NCBI GenBank assembly: GCA_964016885.1
Contig: OZ024741.1
Coordinates: 124,001 to 188,000, forward strand
DNA: 64,000 nucleotides
Direction of reading: 5' to 3'
Source of the DNA: Eledone cirrhosa
Taxonomy: Eukaryota
A program made the position numbers and the translations under genes. Shown here in pieces: positions 1-17,500 of this stretch (positions within the stretch are counted from its first letter, which is position 1; every line of letters starts with the position of its first letter). The notes under the pieces were generated by a model that had not been told where the DNA came from, ran no database searches, and worked only from the letters and a program-made list of their open reading frames with translations.

Positions 1-3000
1 AACACCAACACCAACAATAACACCAACAACAACAATAACACCAACACCAACAATAACACCAACAACAACAATAACATCAACACCAACAATAACACCAACA
101 ACAACACCAACACCAACAATAACACCAACAACAACAATAACACCAACACCAACAATAACACCAACACCAACAATAACATCAACAACAACAATAACATCAA
201 CAACAACACCAACACCCACAATAACACCAACACCAACAATAACACCAACAACAACAATAACACCAACACCAACAATAACACCAACAACAACAATAACATC
301 AACACCAACAATAACACCAACAACAACAATAACACCAACAATAACACCAACAATAACACCAACACCAACAATAACACCAACACCAACAATAACACCAACA
401 ATAACACCAACACCAACAATATCACCAACACCAACAATAACACCAACAACAACAATAACACCAACAACAACAATAACACCAACACCAACAATAACACCAA
501 CACCAACAATAACACCAACAATAACACCAACAACAACAATAACATCAACAACAACAATAACAGCAACACCAACAATAACAACAACAACAACAATAACACC
601 AACACCAACAATAACACCAACACCAACAATAACACCAACAATAACACCAACAACAACAATAACATCAACAACAACAATAACAGCAACACCAACAATAACA
701 CCAACAACAACAATAACATCAACACCAACAATAACACCAACACCAACAATAACACCAACAATAAAACCAACACCAACAATAACACCAACAACAACAATAA
801 CACCAACAACAACAATAACACCAACAACAACAAAAAACACCAACAACAACAATAACACCAACACCAACAATAACACCAACAACAACAATAACACCAACGC
901 CAACAATAACACCAACAACAACAATAACACCAACACCAACAATAACACCAACACCAACAATAACACCAACAACAACAATAACACCAACAACAACAATAAC
1001 ATCGACAACAACAATAACATCAATAACAACAATAACAACAACAATAACACCAACACCAACAATAACACCAACACCAACAATAACAGCAAAAACAACAATA
1101 ACACCAACAACAACAATAACATCAATAACAACAATAACAACAACAATAACATCAACAACAACAATAACACCAACACCAACAACAACACCAACAATAACAC
1201 CAACAACAACAATAACATCAACAACAACAATAACATCAACAACAACAATAACATCAACAACAACAATAACATCAATAACAGCACCAACACCAACAATAAC
1301 ACCAACAACAACAATAACACCAACACCAACAATAACACCAACAACAACAATAACACCAACAACAACAATAACACCAACAACAACAATAACATCAACACCA
1401 ACAATAACACCAACACCTACAATAACACCAACAACAACAATAACATCAACAACAACAATAACATCAACAACAACAATAACATCAACAACAACAATAACAC
1501 CAACAACAACAATAACACCAACAACAACAATAACACCAACAATAACACCAACACCAACAATAACACCAACAACAACAATAACACCAACAACAACAATAAC
1601 ATCAACAACAACAATAACACCAACAATAACACCAACACCAACAATAACACCAACAACAACAATAACACCAACAACAACAATAACACCAACAACAACAATA
1701 ACATCAACAACAACAATAACATCAACAACAACAATAACATCAACACCAACAATAACACCAACACCAACAATAACACCAACAACAACAATAACATCAACAC
1801 CAACAATAACACCAACACCAACAATAACACCAACAACAACAATAACACCAACAACAACAATAACACCAACACCAACAATAACACCAACAATAACGCCAAC
1901 AACAACAATAACACCAACACCAACAATAACACCAACACCAACAATAACACCAACAATAACACCAACAACAACAATAACACCAACACCAACAATAACACCA
2001 ACACCAACAATAACATCAACAATAACATCAACAACAACAATAACATCAACAACAACAATAACATCAACACCAACAATAACACCAACACCAACAATAACAC
2101 CAACACCAACAATAACACCAACAACAACAATAACACCAACAACAACAATAACACCAACACCAACAATAACACCAACAATAACACCAACAACAACAATAAC
2201 ACCAACACCAACAATAACACCAACACCAACAATAACACCAACAATAACACCAACAACAACAATAACACCAACACCAACAATAACACCAACAACAACAATA
2301 ACACCAACAACAACAATAACATCAACAACAACAATAACATCAACAACAACAATAACATCAACAACAACAATAACACCAACAACAACATTAACACCAACAC
2401 CAACAATAACACCAACAACAACAATAACACCAACAACAACAATAACATCAACAACAACAATAACATCAACAACAACAATAACATCAACAACAACAATAAC
2501 ACCAACAACAACAATAACACCAACACCAACAATAACACCAACACCAACAATAACACCAACAACAACAATAACACCAACAACAACAATAACACCAACACCA
2601 ACAATAACACCAACACAAACAATAACACCAACAATAACACCAACAACAACAATAACATCAACAACAACAATAACAGCAACACCAACAATAACACCAACAA
2701 CAACAATAACACCAACACCAACAATAACACCAACACCAACAATAACACCAACAATAACACCAACAACAACAATAACATCAACAACAACAATAACAGCAAC
2801 ACCAACAATAACACCAACAACAACAATAACATCAACACCAACAATAACACCAACACCAACAATAACACCAACAATAACACCAACACCAACAATAACACCA
2901 ACAACAACAATAACACCAACAACAACAATAACACCAACAACAACAAAAAACACCAACAACAACAATAACACCAACACCAACAATAACACCAACAACAACA

Positions 3001-6000
3001 ATAACACCAACGCCAACAATAACACCAACACCAACAATAACACCAACAATAACACCAACAACAACAATAACATCAACAACAACAATAACAGCAACACCAA
3101 CAATAACACCAACAACAACAATAACACCAACACCAACAATAACACCAACACCAACAATAACACCAACAACAACAATAACACCAACAACAACAATAACATC
3201 GACAACAACAATAACATCAATAACAACAATAACAACAACAATAACACCAACACCAACAATAACACCAACACCAACAATAACAGCAAAAACAACAATAACA
3301 CCAACAACAACAATAACATCAACAACAACAATAACATCAATAACAACAATAACAACAACAATAACATCAACAACAACAATAACACCAACACCAACAACAA
3401 CACCAACACCAACAATAACACCAACAACAACAATAACATCAACAACAACAATAACATCAACAACAACAATAACATCAACAACAACAATAACATCAATAAC
3501 AACACCAACACCAACAATAACACCAACAACAACAATAACACCAACACCAACAATAACACCAACAACAACAATAACACCAACAACAACAATAACACCAACA
3601 ACAACAATAACATCAATACCAACAATAACACCAACACCTACAATAACACCAACAACAATAACATCAACAACAACAATAACATCAACAACAACAATAACAT
3701 CAACAACAACAATAACACCAACAACAACAATAACACCAACAACAACAATAACACCAACAATAACACCAACACCAACAATAACACCAACAACAACAATAAC
3801 ACCAACAACAACAATAACATCAACAACAACAATAACACCAACAATAACACCAACACCAACAATAACACCAACAACAACAATAACACCAACAACAACAATA
3901 ACAGCAACAACAACAATAACATCAACAACAACAATAACATCAACAACAACAATAACATCAACACCATCAATAACACCAACACCAACAATAACACCAATAA
4001 CAACAATAACATCAACACCAACAATAACACCAACAACAACAATAACACCAACAACAACAATAACACCAACACCAACAATAACACCAACAATAACACCAAC
4101 AACAACAATAACACCAACACCAACAATAACACCAACACCAACAATAACACCAACAATAACACCAACAACAACAATAACACCAACACCAACAATAACACCA
4201 ACACCAACAATAACACCAACAATAACATCAACAACAACAATAACATCAACAACAACAATAACATCAACACCAACAATAACACCAACACCAACAATAACAC
4301 CAACACCAACAATAACACCAACAACAACAATAACACCAACAACAACAATAACACCAACACCAACAATAACACCAACAATAACACCAACAACAACAATAAC
4401 ACCAACACCAACAATAACACCAACACCAACAATAACACCAACAATAACACCAACAACAACAATAACACCAACACCAACAATAACACCAACACCGACAATA
4501 ACAGCAACAATAACATCAACAACAACAATAACATCAACAACAACAATAACATCAACAACAACAATAACATCAACACCAACAATAACACCAACACCAACAA
4601 TAACACCAACAACAACAATAACACCAACAACAACAATAACACCAACACCAACAATAACACCAACAACAACAATAACACCAACAACAACAATAACATCAAC
4701 AACAACAATAACATCAACAACAACAATAACACCAACAACAACAATAACACCAACACCAACAATAACACCAACAACAACAATAACACCAACAACAACAATA
4801 ACATCAACAACAACAATAACATCAACAACAACAATAACATCAACAACAACAATAACACCAACAACAACAATAACACCAACACCAACAATAACACCAACAC
4901 CAACAATAACACCAACAACAACAATAACACCAACAACAACAATAACACCAACAACAACAATAACATCAACAACAACAATAACACCAACAACAACAATAAC
5001 ACCAACAACAACAATAACATCAACAACAACAATAACACCAACAACAACAATAACTCCAACAACAACAATAACACCAACAACAACAATAACACCAACAACA
5101 ACAATAACATCAACAACAACAATAACATCAACAACAACAATAACATCAACAACAACAATAACACCATCAACAACAATAACACCAACACCAACAATAACAC
5201 CAACACCAACAATAACACCAACAACAACAATAACACCAACAACAACAATAACACCAACAACAACAATAACACCAACAACAACAATAACATCAACAACAAC
5301 AATAACACCAACAACAACAATAACACCAACAACAACAATAACAACAACAATAACACCAACAACAACAATAACACCAACACCAACAATAACAGCAACACCA
5401 ACAATAACACCAACAACAACAATAACATCAACACCAACAATAACACCAACACCAACAATAACACCAACACCAACAATAACACCAACACCAACAATAACAC
5501 CAACACCTACAATAACACCATCACCAACAATAACACCAACAACAACAATAACACCAACAATAACACCAACACCAACAATAACACCAACAATAACACCAAC
5601 ACCAACAACAACAATAACACCAACAACAACAATAACACCAACACCAACAACAACAATAACACCAACAACAACAATAACACCAACACCAACAATAACACCA
5701 ACAACAACAATAACATCAACAACAACAATAACACCAACACCAACAATAAGACCAACACCAACAATAACACCAACACCAACAATAACACCAACAACAATAA
5801 CATCAACAACAACAATAACATCAACAACAACAATAACATCAACAACAACAATAACACCAACAATAACACCAACAACAACAATAACACCAACACCAACAAT
5901 AACACCAACACCAACAATAACACCAACAACAACAATAACACCAACAACAACAATAACACCAACACCAACAATAACACCAACACCAACAATAACACCAACA

Positions 6001-9000
6001 ACAACAATAACACCAACACCAACAATAACACCAACACCAACAATGACACCAACAACAACAATAACAACAACAACAACAATAACATCAACAACAACACCAA
6101 CACCTCCAATAACATCAACAACAACAATACCAAAACCAACAATAACACCAACAACAACAATAACACCAACAACAACAATAACACCAACAATAACACCAAC
6201 AACAACAATAACATCAACAACAACAATAACACCAACACCAACAATAACACCAACAACAACAATAACATCAACAACAACAATAACACCAACACCAACAATA
6301 ACACCAACAACAACAATAACATCAACAACAACAATAACACCAACACCAACAATAACACCAACAACAACAATAACACCAACAACAACAATAACACCAACAC
6401 CAACAATAACACCAACACCAACAATAACACCAACACCAACAATAACACCAACAACAACAATAACACCAACAACAACAATAACACCAACAACAACAATAAC
6501 ACCAACACCAACAATAACACCAACACCAACAATAACACCAACAACAACAATAACACCAACACCAACAATAACACCAACACCAACAATGACACCAACAACA
6601 ACAATAACAACAACAACAACAATAACATCAACAACAACACCAACACCTCCAATAACATCAACAACAACAATAACACCAAAACCAACAATAACACCAACAA
6701 CAACAATAACACCAACAACAACAATAACACCAACAATAACACCAACAACAACAATAACATCAACAACAACAATAACACCAACACCAACAATAACACCAAC
6801 AACAACAATAACATCAACAACAACAATAACACCAACACCAACAATAACACCAACAACAACAATAACATCAACAACAACAATAACACCAACACCAACAATA
6901 ACACCAACAACAACAATAACACCAACAACAACAATAACACCAACACCAACAATAACACCAACACCAACAATAACACCAACACCAACAATAACACCAACAC
7001 CAACAATAACACCAACAACAACAATAACACCAACAACAACAATAACACCAACACCAACAATAACACCAACACCAACAATAACACCAACAACAACAATAAC
7101 ACCAACAACAACAATAACATCAACAACAACAATAACATTAACGACAACAATAACATCAACAATAACACCAACAATAACACCAACAACAACAATAACACCA
7201 ACACCAACAATAACACCAACACCAACAATAACACCAACAACAACAATAACACCAACAACAACAATAACATCAACAACAACAATAACATCAACAACAACAC
7301 CAACGCCAACAATAACACCAACAACAACAATAACACCAACACCAACGATAACACCAACAACAACAATAACACCAACAATAACACCAACAACAACAATAAC
7401 ACCAACAACAACAATAACACCAACACCAACAATAACACCAACAATAACACCAACAACAACAATAACACCAACACCAACAATAACACCAACACCAACAATA
7501 ACACCAAGAACAACAATAAAACCAACAACAACAATAACATCAACAACAACAATAACATCAACAACAACAATAACATCAACAACAACACCAACACCAACAA
7601 TAACACCAACAACAACAATAACACCAACACCAACAATAACACCAACACCAACAATAACACCAACAACAACAATAACACCAACACCAACAATAACACCAAC
7701 AACAACAATAACATCAACACCAACAATAACACCAACAACAACACCAACACCAACAATAACACCAACAACAACAATAACACCAACACCAACAATAACACCA
7801 ACAACAACAATAACATCAACAACAACAATAACATCAACAACAACACCAACACCAACAATAACACCAACAACAACAATAACACCAACAACAACAAAAAACA
7901 CCAACAACAACAATAACACCAACACCAAAAATAACACCAACAATAACACCAACACCAACAATAACACCAACACCAACAATAACACCAACAACAACAATAA
8001 CACCAACAACAACAATAACACCAACACCAACAATAACACCAACACCAACAATAACACCAACAATAACACCAACAACAACAATAACATCAACAACAACAAT
8101 AACAGCAACACCAACAATAACACCAACAACAACAATAACACCAACACCAACAATAACACCAACACCAACAATAACACCAACAATAACACCAACAACAACA
8201 ATAACATCAACAACAACAATAACAGCAACACCAACAATAACACCAACACCAACAATAACACCAACAATAACACCAACACCAACAATAACACCAACAACAA
8301 CAATAACACCAACAACAACAATAACACCAACAACAACAAAAAACACCAACAACAACAATAACACCAACACCAACAATAACACCAACAACAACAATAACAC
8401 CAACGCCAACAATAACACCAGCAACAACAATAACACCAACACCAACAATAACACCAACACCAACAATAACACCAACAACAACAATAACACCAACAACAAC
8501 AATAACATCAACAACAACAATAACATCAATAACAACAATAACAACAACAATAACACCAACACCAACAATAACACCAACACCAACAATAACACCAACAACA
8601 ACAATAACACCAACAACAACAATAACATCAACAACAACAATAACACCAACACCAACAATAACACCAACACCAACAATAACACCAACAACAACAATAACAT
8701 CAACAACAACAATAACATCAACAACAACAATAACATCAACAACAACAATAACATCAATAACAACACCAACACCAACAATAACACCAACAACAACAATAAC
8801 ACCAACACCAACAATAACACCAACAACAACAATAACACCAACAACAACAATAACACCAACAACAACAATAACATCAACACCAACAATAACACCAACACCT
8901 ACAATAACACCAACAACAACAATAACATCAACAACAACAATAACATCAACAACAACAATAACATCAACAACAACAATAACACCAACAACAACAATAACAC

Positions 9001-11149
9001 CAACAACAACAATAACACCAACAATAACACCAACAACAACAATAACACCAACAACAACAATAACATCAACAACAACAATAACACCAACAATAACACCAAC
9101 ACCAACAATAACACCAACAACAACAATAACACCAACAACAACAATAACACCAACAACAAAAATAACATCAACAACAACAATAACATCAACAACAACAATA
9201 ACATCAACACCAACAATAACACCAACACCAACAATAACACCAACAACAACAATAACATCAACACCAACAATAACACCAACACCAACAATAACACCAACAA
9301 CAACAATAACACCAACAACAACAATAACACCAACACCAACAATAACACCAACAATAACACCAACAACAACAATAACACCAACACCAACAATAACACCAAC
9401 ACAAACAATAACACCAACAATAACACCAACAACAACAATAACACCAACACCAACAATAACACCAACACCAACAATAACACCAACAATAACATCAACAACA
9501 ACAATAACATCAACAACAACAATAACATCAACACCAACAATAACACCAACACCAACAATAACACCAACACCAACAATAACACCAACAACAACAATAACAC
9601 CAACAACAACAATAACACCAACACCAACAATAACACCAACAATAACACCAACAACAACAATAACACCAACACCAACAATAACACCAACACCAACAATAAC
9701 ACCAACAATAACACCAACAACAACAATAACACCAACACCAACAATAACACCAACACCAACAATAACACCAACAATAACATCAACAACAACAATAACATCA
9801 ACAACAACAATAACATCAACACCAACAATAACACCAACACCAACAATAACACCAACAACAACAATAACACCAACAACAACAATAACACCAGCACCAACAA
9901 TAACACCAACAACAACAATAACACCAACAACAACAATAACATCAACAACAACAATAACATCAACAACAACAATAACATCAACAACAACAATAACACCAAC
10001 AACAACAATAACACCAACACCAACAATAACACCAACAACAACAATAACACCAACAACAACAATAACATCAACAACAACAATAACATCAACAACAACAATA
10101 ACATCAACAACAACAATAACACCAACAACAACAATAACATCAACAACAACAATAACACCAACAACAACAATAACACCAACAACAACAATAACACCAACAA
10201 TAACACCAACAACAACAATAACACCAACACCAACAATAACAGCAACACCAACAATAACACCAACAACAACAATAACATCAACACCAACAATAACACCAAC
10301 ACCAACAATAACACCAACACCAAAAATAACAGCAACACCAACAATAACACCAACAACAACAATAACATCAACACCAACAATAACACCAACACCTACAATA
10401 ACACCATCACCAACAATAACACCAACAACAACAATAACACCAACAATAACACCAACACCAACAATAACACCAACAATAACACCAACACCAACAACAACAA
10501 TAACACCAACAACAACAATAACACCAACACCAACAACAACAATAACACCAACAACAACAATAACACCAACACCAACAATAACACCAACAACAACAATAAC
10601 ATCAACAACAACAATAACACCAACACCAACAATAACACCAACAATAACACCAACACCAACAATAACACCAACACCAACAATAACACCAACACCAACAATA
10701 ACACCAACAACAACAATAACACCAACAATAACACCAACAACAACGATAACATCAACAACAACAACAACACCAACAATAACACCAACACGAACAATAACAC
10801 CAACAACAACAATAACACCAACACCAACAATAACACCAACAATAACACCAACAACAACAATAACACCAACACCAACAATAACACCAACAACAACAATAAC
10901 ACCAACACCAACAATAACACCAACAACAACAATAACACCAACAATAACACCAACACCAACAATAACACCAACAACAACAATAACACCAACAATAACACCA
11001 ACAACAACAATAACACCAACACCAACAATAACACCAACACCAACAATAACACCAACAACAACAATAACACCAACAACAACAATAACACCAACAACAACAA
11101 TAACATCAACAACAACAATAACACCAACAACAACAATAACACCAACAAC

Positions 11150-14100
11150 AACAATAACACCAACAATAACACCAACAACAACAATAACACCAACACCAAC
11201 AATAACACCAACACCAACAATAACACCAACAACAACAATAACACCATCAACAACAATAACACCAACAACAACAATAACACCAACACCAACAATAACACCA
11301 ACAACAACAATAACACCAACACCAACAATAACACCAACACCAACAATAACACCAACAACAACAATAACAACAACAACAACAATAACATCAACAACAACAC
11401 CAACACCTCCAATAACATCAACAACAACAATAACACCAAAACCAACAATAACACCAACAACAACAATAACACCAACAACAACAATAACACCAACAATAAC
11501 ACCAACAACAAAAATAACATCAACAACAACAATAACACCAACACCAACAATAACACCAACAACAACAATAACATCAACAACAACAATAACACCAACACCA
11601 ACAATAACACCAACAACAACAATAACATCAACAACAACAATAACACCAACAATAACACCAACAACAACAATAACACCAACAACAACAATAACACCAACAC
11701 CAACAATAACACCAACACCAACAATAACACCAACACCAACAATAACACCAACACCAACAATAACACCAACAACAACAATAACACCAACACCAACAATAAC
11801 ACCAACACCAACAATAACACCAACAACAACAATAACACCAACAACAACAATAACACCAACAACAACAATAACATCAACAACAACAATAACATTAACGACA
11901 ACAATAACACCAACAATAACACCAACAATAACACCAACAACAACAATAACACCAACACCAACAATAACACCAACACCAACAATAACACCAACAACAACAA
12001 TAACACCAACAACAACAATAACATCAACAACAACAATAACATCAACAACAACAATAACATCAACAACAACACCAACACCAACAATAACACCAACAACAAC
12101 AATAACACCAACACCAACAATAACACCAACAACAACAATAACACCAACAATAACACCAACAACAACAATAACACCAACAACAACAATAACACCAACGCCA
12201 ACAATAACACCAACAATAACACCAACAACAACAATAACACCAACACCAGCAATAACACCAACACCAACAATAACACCAACAACAACAATAACACCAACAA
12301 CAACAATAACACCAACAACAACAATAACATCAACAACAACAATAACATCAACAACAACACCAACACCAACAATAACACCAACAACAACAATAACACCAAC
12401 ACCAACAATAACACCAACACCAACAATAACACCAACAACAACAATAACACCAACAACAACAATAACACCAACAACAACAATAACATCAACACCAACAATA
12501 ACACCAACAACAACACCAACACCAACAATAACACCAACAACAACAATAACACCAACACCAACAATAACACCAACAACAACAATAACATCAACAACAACAA
12601 TAACATCAACAACAACAATAACATCAACAACAACACCAACACCAACAATAACACCAACACCAACAATAACACCAACAACAACAATAACACCAACACCAAC
12701 AATAACACCAACAACAACAATAACATCAACACCAACAATAACACCAACAACAACAATAACACCAACAATAACACCAACAATAACACCAACAATAACACCA
12801 ACAATAACACCAACAACAACAATAACACCAACACCAAAAATAACACCAACAATAACACCAACACCAACAATAACACCAACACCAACAATAACACCAACAA
12901 CAACAATAACACCAACAACAACAATAACACCAACACCAACAATAACACCAACACCAACAATAACACCAACAATAACACCAACAACAACAATAACATCAAC
13001 AACAACAATAACAGCAACACCAACAATAACACCAACAACAACAATAACACCAACACCAACAATAACACCAACACCAACAATAACACCAACAATAACACCA
13101 ACAACAACAATAACATCAACAACAACAATAACAGCAACACCAACAATAACACCAACAACAACAATAACATCAACACCAACAATAACACCAACACCAACAA
13201 TAACACCAACAATAACACCAACACCAACAATAACACCAACAACAACAATAACACCAACAACAACAATAACACCAACACCAACAATAACACCAACACCAAC
13301 AATAACACCAACAACAACAATAACACCATCAACAACAATAACACCAACAACAACAATAACACCAACACCAACAATAACACCAACAACAACAATAACACCA
13401 ACACCAACAATAACACCAACACCAACAATAACACCAACAACAACAATAACAACAACAACAACAATAACATCAACAACAACACCAACACCTCCAATAACAT
13501 CAACAACAACAACACCAAAACCAACAATAACACCAACAACAACAATAACACCAACAACAACAATAACACCAACAATAACACCAACAACAAAAATAACATC
13601 AACAACAACAATAACACCAACACCAACAATAACACCAACAACAACAATAACATCAACAACAACAATAACACCAACACCAACAATAACACCAACAACAACA
13701 ATAACATCAACAACAACAATAACACCAACAATAACACCAACAACAACAATAACACCAACAACAACAATAACACCAACACCAACAATAACACCAACACCAA
13801 CAATAACACCAACACCAACAATAACACCAACAACAACAATAACACCAACAACAACAATAACACCAACACCAACAATAACACCAACACCAACAATAACACC
13901 AACAACAACAATAACACCAACAACAACAATAACACCAACAACAACAATAACATCAACAACAACAATAACATTAACGACAACAATAACACCAACAATAACA
14001 CCAACAATAACACCAACAACAACAATAACACCAACACCAACAATAACACCAACACCAACAATAACACCAACAACAACAATAACACCAACAACAACAATAA

Positions 14101-17100
14101 CACCAACAACAACAATAACATCAACAACAACAATAACATTAACGACAACAATAACACCAACAATAACACCAACAATAACACCAACAACAACAATAACACC
14201 AACACCAACAATAACACCAACACCAACAATAACACCAACAACAACAATAACACCAACAACAACAATAACATCAACAACAACAATAACATCAACAACAACA
14301 ATAACATCAACAACAACACCAACACCAACAATAACACCAACAACAACAATAACACCAACACCAACAATAACACCAACAACAACAATAACACCAACAATAA
14401 CACCAACAACAACAATAACACCAACAACAACAATAACACCAACGCCAACAATAACACCAACAATAACACCAACAACAACAATAACACCAACACCAGCAAT
14501 AACACCAACACCAACAATAACACCAACAACAACAATAACACCAACAACAACAATAACATCAACAACAACAATAACATCAACAACAACAATAACATCAACA
14601 ACAACACCAACACCAACAATAACACCAACAACAACAATAACACCAACACCAACAATAACACCAACACCAACAATAACACCAACAACAACAATAACACCAA
14701 CAACAACAATAACACCAACAACAACAATAACATCAACACCAACAATAACACCAACAACAACACCAACACCAACAATAACACCAACAACAACAATAACACC
14801 AACACCAACAATAACACCAACAACAACAATAACATCAACAACAACAATAACATCAACAACAACAATAACATCAACAACAACACCAACACCAACAATAACA
14901 CCAACACCAACAATAACACCAACAACAACAATAACACCAACACCAACAATAACACCAACAACAACAATAACATCAACACCAACAATAACACCAACAACAA
15001 CAATAACACCAACAATAACACCAACAATAACACCAACAATAACACCAACAACAACAATAACACCAACACCAACAATAACACCAACAATAACACCAACACC
15101 AACAATAACACCAACACCAACAATAACACCAACAACAACAATAACACCAACAACAACAATAACACCAACACCAACAATAACACCAACACCAACAATAACA
15201 CCAACAATAACACCAACAACAACAATAACATCAACAACAACAATAACAGCAACACCAACAATAACACCAACAACAACAATAACACCAACACCAACAATAA
15301 CACCAACACCAACAATAACACCAACAATAACACCAACAACAACAATAACATCAACAACAACAATAACAGCAACACCAACAATAACACCAACAACAACAAT
15401 AACATCAACACCAACAATAACACCAACACCAACAATAACACCAACAATAACACCAACACCAACAATAACACCAACAACAACAATAACACCAACAACAACA
15501 ATAACACCAACACCAACAATAACACCAACACCAACAATAACACCAACAACAACAATAACACCATCAACAACAATAACACCAACAACAACAATAACACCAA
15601 CACCAACAATAACACCAACAACAACAATAACACCAACACCAACAATAACACCAACACCAACAATAACACCAACAACAACAATAACAACAACAACAACAAT
15701 AACATCAACAACAACACCAACACCTCCAATAACATCAACAACAACAATAACACCAAAACCAACAATAACACCAACAACAACAATAACACCAACAACAACA
15801 ATAACACCAACAATAACACCAACAACAAAAATAACATCAACAACAACAATAACACCAACACCAACAATAACACCAACAACAACAATAACATCAACAACAA
15901 CAATAACACCAACACCAACAATAACACCAACAACAACAATAACATCAACAACAACAATAACACCAACAATAACACCAACAACAACAATAACACCAACAAC
16001 AACAATAACACCAACACCAACAATAACACCAACACCAACAATAACACCAACACCAACAATAACACCAACACCAACAATAACACCAACAACAACAATAACA
16101 CCAACAACAACAATAACACCAACACCAACAATAACACCAACACCAACAATAACACCAACAACAACAATAACACCAACAACAACAATAACACCAACAATAA
16201 CAATAACATCAACAACAACAATAACATTAACGACAACAATAACACCAACAATAACACCAACAATAACACCAACAACAACAATAACACCAAGACCAACAAT
16301 AACACCAACACCAACAATAACACCAACAACAACAATAACACCAACAACAACAATAACATCAACAACAACAATAACATCAACAACAACAATAACATCAACA
16401 ACAACACCAACACCAACAATAACACCAACAACAACAATAACACCAACACCAACAATAACACCAACAACAACAATAACACCAACAATAACACCAACAACAA
16501 CAATAACACCAACAACAACAATAACACCAACGCCAACAATAACACCAACAATAACACCAACAACAACAATAACACCAACACCAGCAATAACACCAACACC
16601 AACAATAACACCAACAACAACAATAACACCAACAACAACAATAACATCAACAACAACAATAACATCAACAACAACAATAACATCAACAACAACACCAACA
16701 CCAACAATAACACCAACAACAACAATAACACCAACACCAACAATAACACCAACACCAACAATAACACCAACAACAACAATAACACCAACAACAACAATAA
16801 CACCAACAACAACAATAACATCAACACCAACAATAACACCAACAACAACACCAACACCAACAATAACACCAACAACAACAATAACACCAACACCAACAAT
16901 AACACCAACAACAACAATAACATCAACAACAACAATAACATCAACAACAACAATAACATCAACAACAACACCAACACCAACAATAACACCAACACCAACA
17001 ATAACACCAACAACAACAATAACACCAACACCAACAATAACACCAACAACAACAATAACATCAACACCAACAATAACACCAACAACAACAATAACACCAA

Positions 17101-17500
17101 CAATAACACCAACAATAACACCAACAACAACAATAACACCAACACCAACAATAACACCAACAATAACACCAACACCAACAATAACACCAACACCAACAAT
17201 AACACCAACAACAACAATAACACCAACAACAACAATAACACCAACACCAACAATAACACCAACACCAACAATAACACCAACAATAACACCAACAACAACA
17301 ATAACATCAACAACAACAATAACAGCAACACCAACAATAACACCAACACCAACAATAACACCAACAATAACACCAACAACAACAATAACATCAACAACAA
17401 CAATAACAGCAACACCAACAATAACACCAACAACAACAATAACATCAACACCAACAATAACACCAACACCAACAATAACACCAACAATAACACCAACACC
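11150..17500. repeat. Three tandem ~2.1-2.2-kb higher-order repeat units (approximate limits)
   Basis: The marker CCTCCA recurs with its T at 11408, 13490 and 15725 (offsets 2082, 2235). The marker TTAACGACA recurs with its G at 11897, 13976/14144 and 16232. The markers CCATCA, CCAAAACCA, ACGCCA and CCAGCA follow in the same order in each unit. Confidence 0.85.

Noticed and set aside
6043-8361. Plus-strand 772-aa ORF (Thr-rich then Asn-rich)
   Set aside because: The ATG is a point variant of ATA. The Asn-rich tail and the stop result from the A6 frameshifts at 7893 and 8338.
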